DNA of 64,000 nucleotides from a plasmid: sequence record NZ_CP023785.1; one strand, 5' to 3'. Shown piece by piece: positions 59,546 to 64,000 of this stretch (position 1 is its first letter; each line of letters starts with the position of its first letter). The notes under the pieces were generated by a model. It saw only the letters and a program-made list of their open reading frames with translations, ran no database searches and was not told where the DNA came from. The position numbers and the translations under genes were made by a program.

Positions 59546-60883
59546 GAGAGTGTAAAATATTTTGTGTAAATGAAAAAATCCATACAAAAAAGGAAGGCGC
59601 TTCTGTAGAATAAAGTTAACGACAACCAATTCACAGAAAAGAGGACTTCCCTATGAATGATTTTACTACAGAAATTGTGCAAACTCTAGTCACTAAAGGC
59701 GGTTTAAATGAATTATTCCGTTCGCACTTAGAAAAAGCGATAAACACACTCCTACGGACTGAATTAACGGCTTTTTTAGATTACGAAAAATATGATCGCA
59801 CTGGTTTTAATTCAGGTAATTCGAGAAACGGTTCTTACTTTCGATCAATCAAAACCGAATATGGTGAATTAACATTGGAAATACCTAGAGATCGTAATGG
59901 TGAGTTTAAACAACAAACTTTACCAGCCTACAAAAGAACAAACGATACATTGGAAACCACTATTATCCATTTATTCGAAAAAGGTGTTACGATGTCTGAA
60001 ATTGCTGATTTGATCGAAAAAATGTACGGTCATCACTATACTCCACAAACCATGTCCAACATGACTAAAGTTCTGACTGAAGAAGTAAATGCCTTTAAAT
60101 CCAGAGCCTTAAATGATAAGTATGTCGCTATTTTTATGGACGCTACTTACATTCCACTAAAACGTCAAACCGTATCCAAAGAAGCGATTTATATTGCCAT
60201 TGGTATACGAGAAGACGGCACTAAAGAAGTACTGAGTTATGCGATTGCTCCAACTGAATCAACATACGTTTGGAATGAGCTGCTACAGGATATTAACTCC
60301 AGAGGAGTTCAAGAAGTCTTGCTTTTTATTACGGACGGCTTAAAAGGCATGAAAGATACTATCCATCAAATTTATCCTAAAGCAAAATATCAGCATTGTT
60401 GTATCCATGTATCTCGTAACATCGCTCATAAAGTACGTGTCAAAGACCGAAAAGAAATCTGTGATGACTTTAAGGCTGTTTATCAAGCTAACTCAAAAGA
60501 AGAAGCGAATACCTTCTTATCCGGCATGATTGAGAAATGGAAGAAAAACTATCCTAAAGTGACGCAGTCACTCATAGAAAACCAAGACTTATTAACTTTT
60601 TATGATTTTCCACCTAGCATTCGTAGAACCATTTACTCAACCAATCTAATCGAGTCTTTCAATAAGCAAATTAAAAGATACAGCCGTAGAAAAGAGCAGT
60701 TTCAAAATGAAGAATCACTAGAACGCTTTCTAGTCAGCATTTTTGATACATACAATCAAAAATTTCTAAACAGAAGCCATAAAGGTTTTCAACAGGTAAC
60801 CGATACATTAGTTTCAATGTTTACTGAGTAACTAATTATTTTGCAGGAGGACAATTTATTTACACAAAATATTTTACACTCTC
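59546..60883 (+). mobile_element. IS256-family insertion sequence, copy C, with perfect 26-bp terminal IRs GAGAGTGTAAAATATTTTGTGTAAAT and no TSD
   Basis: Both IRs were read. The transposase is at 59653..60831. Confidence 0.85.
59653..60831 (+). CDS. IS256-family transposase (392 aa)
   Basis: One aa difference from copy A. Confidence 0.9.
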   Translation: MNDFTTEIVQTLVTKGGLNELFRSHLEKAINTLLRTELTAFLDYEKYDRTGFNSGNSRNGSYFRSIKTEYGELTLEIPRDRNGEFKQQTLPAYKRTNDTLETTIIHLFEKGVTMSEIADLIEKMYGHHYTPQTMSNMTKVLTEEVNAFKSRALNDKYVAIFMDATYIPLKRQTVSKEAIYIAIGIREDGTKEVLSYAIAPTESTYVWNELLQDINSRGVQEVLLFITDGLKGMKDTIHQIYPKAKYQHCCIHVSRNIAHKVRVKDRKEICDDFKAVYQANSKEEANTFLSGMIEKWKKNYPKVTQSLIENQDLLTFYDFPPSIRRTIYSTNLIESFNKQIKRYSRRKEQFQNEESLERFLVSIFDTYNQKFLNRSHKGFQQVTDTLVSMFTE

Positions 60884-61109
60884 TATTATTCTTTTCATAA
60901 ATATTGTAAATAGAAGTATTAAAAATATATACAAAAAGTATTATTTCGAGAAAGATAAATATTTTCAAAAACCTTTTCATAATCCTCACCCTTTCTTACA
61001 CTGATAAATCATGCGTCTAATATTCAAATTATACTCGATATGCTTTAGCTAATCAGCCAACTCTGTTTGTCTACTATCATTATATCAATAGACAATATCT
61101 GCTCCCGTC

Positions 61110-61410
61110 TTTATGATCGTGCCAAAGCAATCAAAAGAAAATTGCGAATCACTTAGATCGAAAGTTTACTCAAACAAAAGCATTGTCAGCGGTTGTCACG
61201 GATTTAACTTATGTTCGGGTCGGGACAAATTGGGCTTATATTTGTTTGATGATTGATTTATTCAATCGTGAAATTATTGGCCATTCTTGCGGAAATAAAA
61301 AAGATGCGCAGCTTGTAAAAAGGGCCATTCAAAGCATTCCTTACTCACTTCAAGAAATCGAACTCTTCCATACGGATCGTGGAAAAGAATTTGATAACCA
61401 AACCATTCAG
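61110..61410 (+). pseudogene. internal fragment of an IS3-family orfB (plus strand), ending at a palindromic junction
   Basis: ...VVTDLTYVRVGTNWAYICLMIDLFNREIIGHSCG...LFHTDRGKEFDNQTI. Confidence 0.65.
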
Positions 61411-61420
61411 AATCTCATGA

Positions 61421-62300
61421 ATGGTTTGGTTATCAAATTCCTTTCCACGGTCTGTATGAAAAAGCTTGACGTCTGTTAAAGAATACGGTATCCGTCCAAA
61501 GGCTTCTTTTACCAATGAGGCATCTTTCTTCTCACCACAGGAATAACCAATAATTTCTCGATTAAACAAATCAAGTATTAAGCAGATATAATGCCACTTT
61601 TTCCCCACGCGAACATAAGTAAGATCCGTAACGATGGCTTCCAATGGCTGTTCTTGTGTAAAGGTCCGATCTAATACATTCGCTGTTTTCGCTTCATTAC
61701 AAGCTGTTCGTTGCCCTTTAAAATGAGCGATCGTATAGGTAGATGTCAATCCGCGGCGTTTCATGATTCGACCGATTCGGCGCCGACTGAGTTGAAGCCC
61801 ACGCTTTGCTAAACACTTCTTCAATTTTCGGGTACCGTAAGCCTTTCGGTTTCGCTTGATAATAGTAGGTCTGACGAGAAATATTTAGAATTTTGCACAT
61901 CGCTGATATGGAATATTTATGCTTGTTGGCATCAATTACTTGTCTTTTCGTCCGAATATCAGCGCCGCTTGCTTTAAAATATCATTCTCCATTTCGAGTT
62001 GCTTATTTTTCTTTCTTAGTGCGATCAATTCTGCTTGTTCTGGTGTTAAGTTGTCTCTTTTTTTGAATGAGCCCGTTGATTGTGCTTGCTTCATCCATTT
62101 ATCGAAAGAAGAAGGCGTAAGCTCATACTCTCGAATAATTTCTGCGCGAGGCTTACCAGCGAGATAGAGATTGACGATTTGTTGTTTGAATTCTTTTGAA
62201 TAGGTTCTTCGTTGACGTCTTGACATGAAAAATCCTCCAGTGTGTTTTTTATTATTCTACACACCTTATTTTTTCTGTCTAGTCTAGTGTAGCCGATTCA
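61421..62300 (-). mobile_element. third, diverged IS3-family element (3-prime truncated at palindrome); OrfA 61936..62226 intact, OrfB frameshifted/truncated (61345..61900)
   Basis: The left end ...TGTAGCCGATTCA is at ~62300. OrfA is ~75% identical to copies 1 and 2. OrfB N-terminal pieces lie in two frames. Confidence 0.7.
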
Positions 62301-62427
62301 CATAAAATGGACTTTGTCTACAGTCTGTATCTTCTCTTTTTGTGTCTACTTTATTGACATCTATCCAATTAGTAATCAATAAATATTTCAATAATAGTCT
62401 AGCTATATATAAATAACATTACAAAAC

Positions 62428-62823
62428 CTAAAGAATTATATCTGATAACCTTCCATGTTTTTCATATGATGTTACTCTTTCAACTTTATTATTATCATCG
62501 ACAAAAACAACCTTAGGTCTATGATCCTTAACCTCATTTTCATTTAATTCACAATATGCCATTAAAATTATTTTATCTCCAGTTGATACACATCTAGCTG
62601 CAGCTCCATTCAAGCAAATCATCCCTGTTCCTCTCTCTCCAGCTATTGTATAAGTTTCAAATCTATTTCCATTATTAACATCAACTATTTGTACTTTTTC
62701 ATATTCATATATTCCTGCTGCTTCTAATAAATTCATATCAACAGTAATACTTCCTACATAATCTAACTCAGCTTGTTCAACTGTAGCTCTATGTATTTTT
62801 CCTTTTAACATTGTAACTTTCAT
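62428..62823 (-). CDS. panD: aspartate 1-decarboxylase proenzyme
   Basis: [27 protein letters not shown]... has the Gly-Ser self-cleavage site and the canonical PanD N-terminus. It is very low GC. Confidence 0.9.
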   Translation of the reverse strand: MKVTMLKGKIHRATVEQAELDYVGSITVDMNLLEAAGIYEYEKVQIVDVNNGNRFETYTIAGERGTGMICLNGAAARCVSTGDKIILMAYCELNENEVKDHRPKVVFVDDNNKVERVTSYEKHGRLSDIIL

Positions 62824-62832
62824 TATAGCCCC

Positions 62833-63681
62833 CTATTGTAATTCAAATGTAAAATTATCTATTAATCTTGTTTTTCCTATAAATACTGCTATTGCAACTA
62901 AAACTGATTTTTCAATATAATTTACTCTTTGTAATGATAAAGAATCAACAACTTCTACATAATCAATCTTTGCCAAATTATAAGTATTTATATTTTTACT
63001 TATTATCTCAATTATTTTTAAGCTGTCTCTCTCTCCATTATTTAAAGCTTCCTTAGCTAAAGTTAAAGATTTATTTAAAATAGTAGCTGAAGATCTTTCC
63101 TCTAAACTTAAGTATGTGTTTCTAGAACTTTTAGCTAGTCCATCCTCTTCCCTTATAATTGGACACCCTACAACGTCTATATCAATATTAAGGTCCCTAA
63201 CCATTCTTTTAATTACAGCTAACTGTTGTGCATCCTTTTCTCCAAAATAAGCTCTATCTGCTGGTATTATGTTAAATAATTTACTTACAACAGTGCAAAC
63301 CCCTCTAAAATGTATTGGCCTACTAGCTCCACATAAACCTTCTGTTAATCCAGTTATATTAACAAAAGTACTTGCATTGTCACAATACATCTCTTCAACT
63401 TCAGGATTAAATATTGCTGTTGCTCTACCTCTTGTGCATACTTCTATATCTCTTTCTAAGTCTCTTGGATAACTACCTAAATCTTCATTTTTCCCAAACT
63501 GAGTTGGATTTACAAAGATACTTACAACAACTTTATCATTTTCTTTTGATGCTTTTCTAATTAAACTTTCATGACCTTCATGTAAATATCCCATAGTAGG
63601 AACTAATCCTACCTTTAAGCCTTGTTTTTTCCACTCTTTTACTTGACTTCTAACATCATTCACTGTTTTAAATATAACCAT
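62833..63681 (-). CDS. panC: pantoate--beta-alanine ligase
   Basis: GLVPTMGYLHEGHESLI is the HIGH-type nucleotidyltransferase motif of PanC. The product is 282 aa. Confidence 0.9.
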   Translation of the reverse strand: MVIFKTVNDVRSQVKEWKKQGLKVGLVPTMGYLHEGHESLIRKASKENDKVVVSIFVNPTQFGKNEDLGSYPRDLERDIEVCTRGRATAIFNPEVEEMYCDNASTFVNITGLTEGLCGASRPIHFRGVCTVVSKLFNIIPADRAYFGEKDAQQLAVIKRMVRDLNIDIDVVGCPIIREEDGLAKSSRNTYLSLEERSSATILNKSLTLAKEALNNGERDSLKIIEIISKNINTYNLAKIDYVEVVDSLSLQRVNYIEKSVLVAIAVFIGKTRLIDNFTFELQ

Positions 63682-63695
63682 ATTTCTTGACCCTT

Positions 63696-64000
63696 TTAAT
63701 ATAATTTTTCTAAAACATCATCACTTATTTTAAACCCATGTTCTGGACCTGGAAAAACTCCATCTTTTACTTCCTCTATATATTTTGTAAATGCTTTATT
63801 CATCTCTTCTGATAAATTAGCATATTTCTTCACAAATTTAGGGGTAAAATCACTATACATCCCCAACATATCTTGATATACAAGAATTTGTCCATCACAC
63901 CCTGCACCTGCTCCAATACCAATTGTAGGTATTGATATCTCTTTAGAAATTAACTCTGCAAGCTTAGTTGGAACACATTCTAACACTACAGCGAATGCTC
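63696..64000 (-). CDS. panB: 3-methyl-2-oxobutanoate hydroxymethyltransferase, C-terminal part (gene continues beyond window end)
   Basis: ...[24 protein letters not shown]... is a conserved PanB segment. The operon order is panB-panC-panD. Confidence 0.8.
   Translation of the reverse strand, partial: AFAVVLECVPTKLAELISKEISIPTIGIGAGAGCDGQILVYQDMLGMYSDFTPKFVKKYANLSEEMNKAFTKYIEEVKDGVFPGPEHGFKISDDVLEKLY

Noticed and set aside
1-64000. CRISPR arrays, tRNA, rRNA
   Set aside because: I scanned for regularly spaced short direct repeats and for tRNA-like GTTCGAATC/T-loop signatures. I found none, apart from IS-derived repeats.

Overview
This window looks like a mosaic accessory region, plasmid-like, from a low-GC Firmicutes genome. 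The transposase families, circular bacteriocin and sugar-PTS content are Enterococcus-like. It opens with a conjugative-element 'leading region' flavour. That stretch holds the 3-prime end of a topoisomerase III gene, an AbiEi/AbiEii abortive-infection pair, and an ssb gene carrying an in-frame TGA. It also holds a cluster of tiny ORFs, GC-rich hairpin repeats and a ribbon-helix-helix (RHH) regulator. After that the window is dominated by insertion sequences. I count two identical IS30-family copies, an IS982-family element, and two adjacent IS66-family elements. There are three full copies plus one 3-prime remnant of an IS256-family element, and a second, distinct IS256-family member. There is an internally deleted IS1216-like (IS6) element and an IS150-group IS3 element. 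There is an IS200/IS605 element and an IS1380-family element. Two near-identical IS3 copies are present, plus a third diverged IS3 copy fused head-to-head to an orfB fragment through a perfect palindrome. Between the insertion sequences sits a series of cargo modules. One is a circular-bacteriocin precursor gene (enterocin NKR-5-3B-like) cut off from its maturation genes by flanking IS elements. One is a PRD-regulator/PTS ascorbate-family (EIIA/EIIC/EIIB) operon with YjbQ, ribulose-phosphate epimerase and SIS isomerase genes; its regulator has lost its N-terminus to the IS982 element. One is a complete sucrose module (scrK, scrA, scrB, scrR) with LacI-type operators. One is an RpiR/nanE/PTS-EIICB/EIIA-Glc module flanked by a 22-bp direct repeat. 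One is a GntR/AgaS-like/LacD-like/PTS lactose-family locus freshly inactivated by IS1380 and IS256 insertions with clean target duplications. The last is a very low-GC panB(partial)-panC-panD operon at the window end. Two candidate type I toxin-antitoxin loci are visible directly in the sequence. One is a Hol-Tox-like peptide with a convergent antisense promoter. The other is an Fst/par-like peptide with convergent extended -10 promoters, direct repeats and a bidirectional terminator. There are also two small tyrosine recombinases with nearby perfect inverted repeats, an AbiH-like gene truncated by the IS1216 insertion, and a ClbS/DfsB-family protein. No rRNA, tRNA or CRISPR was seen. Coordinates of element ends were counted by hand and may be off by 1-2 nt.
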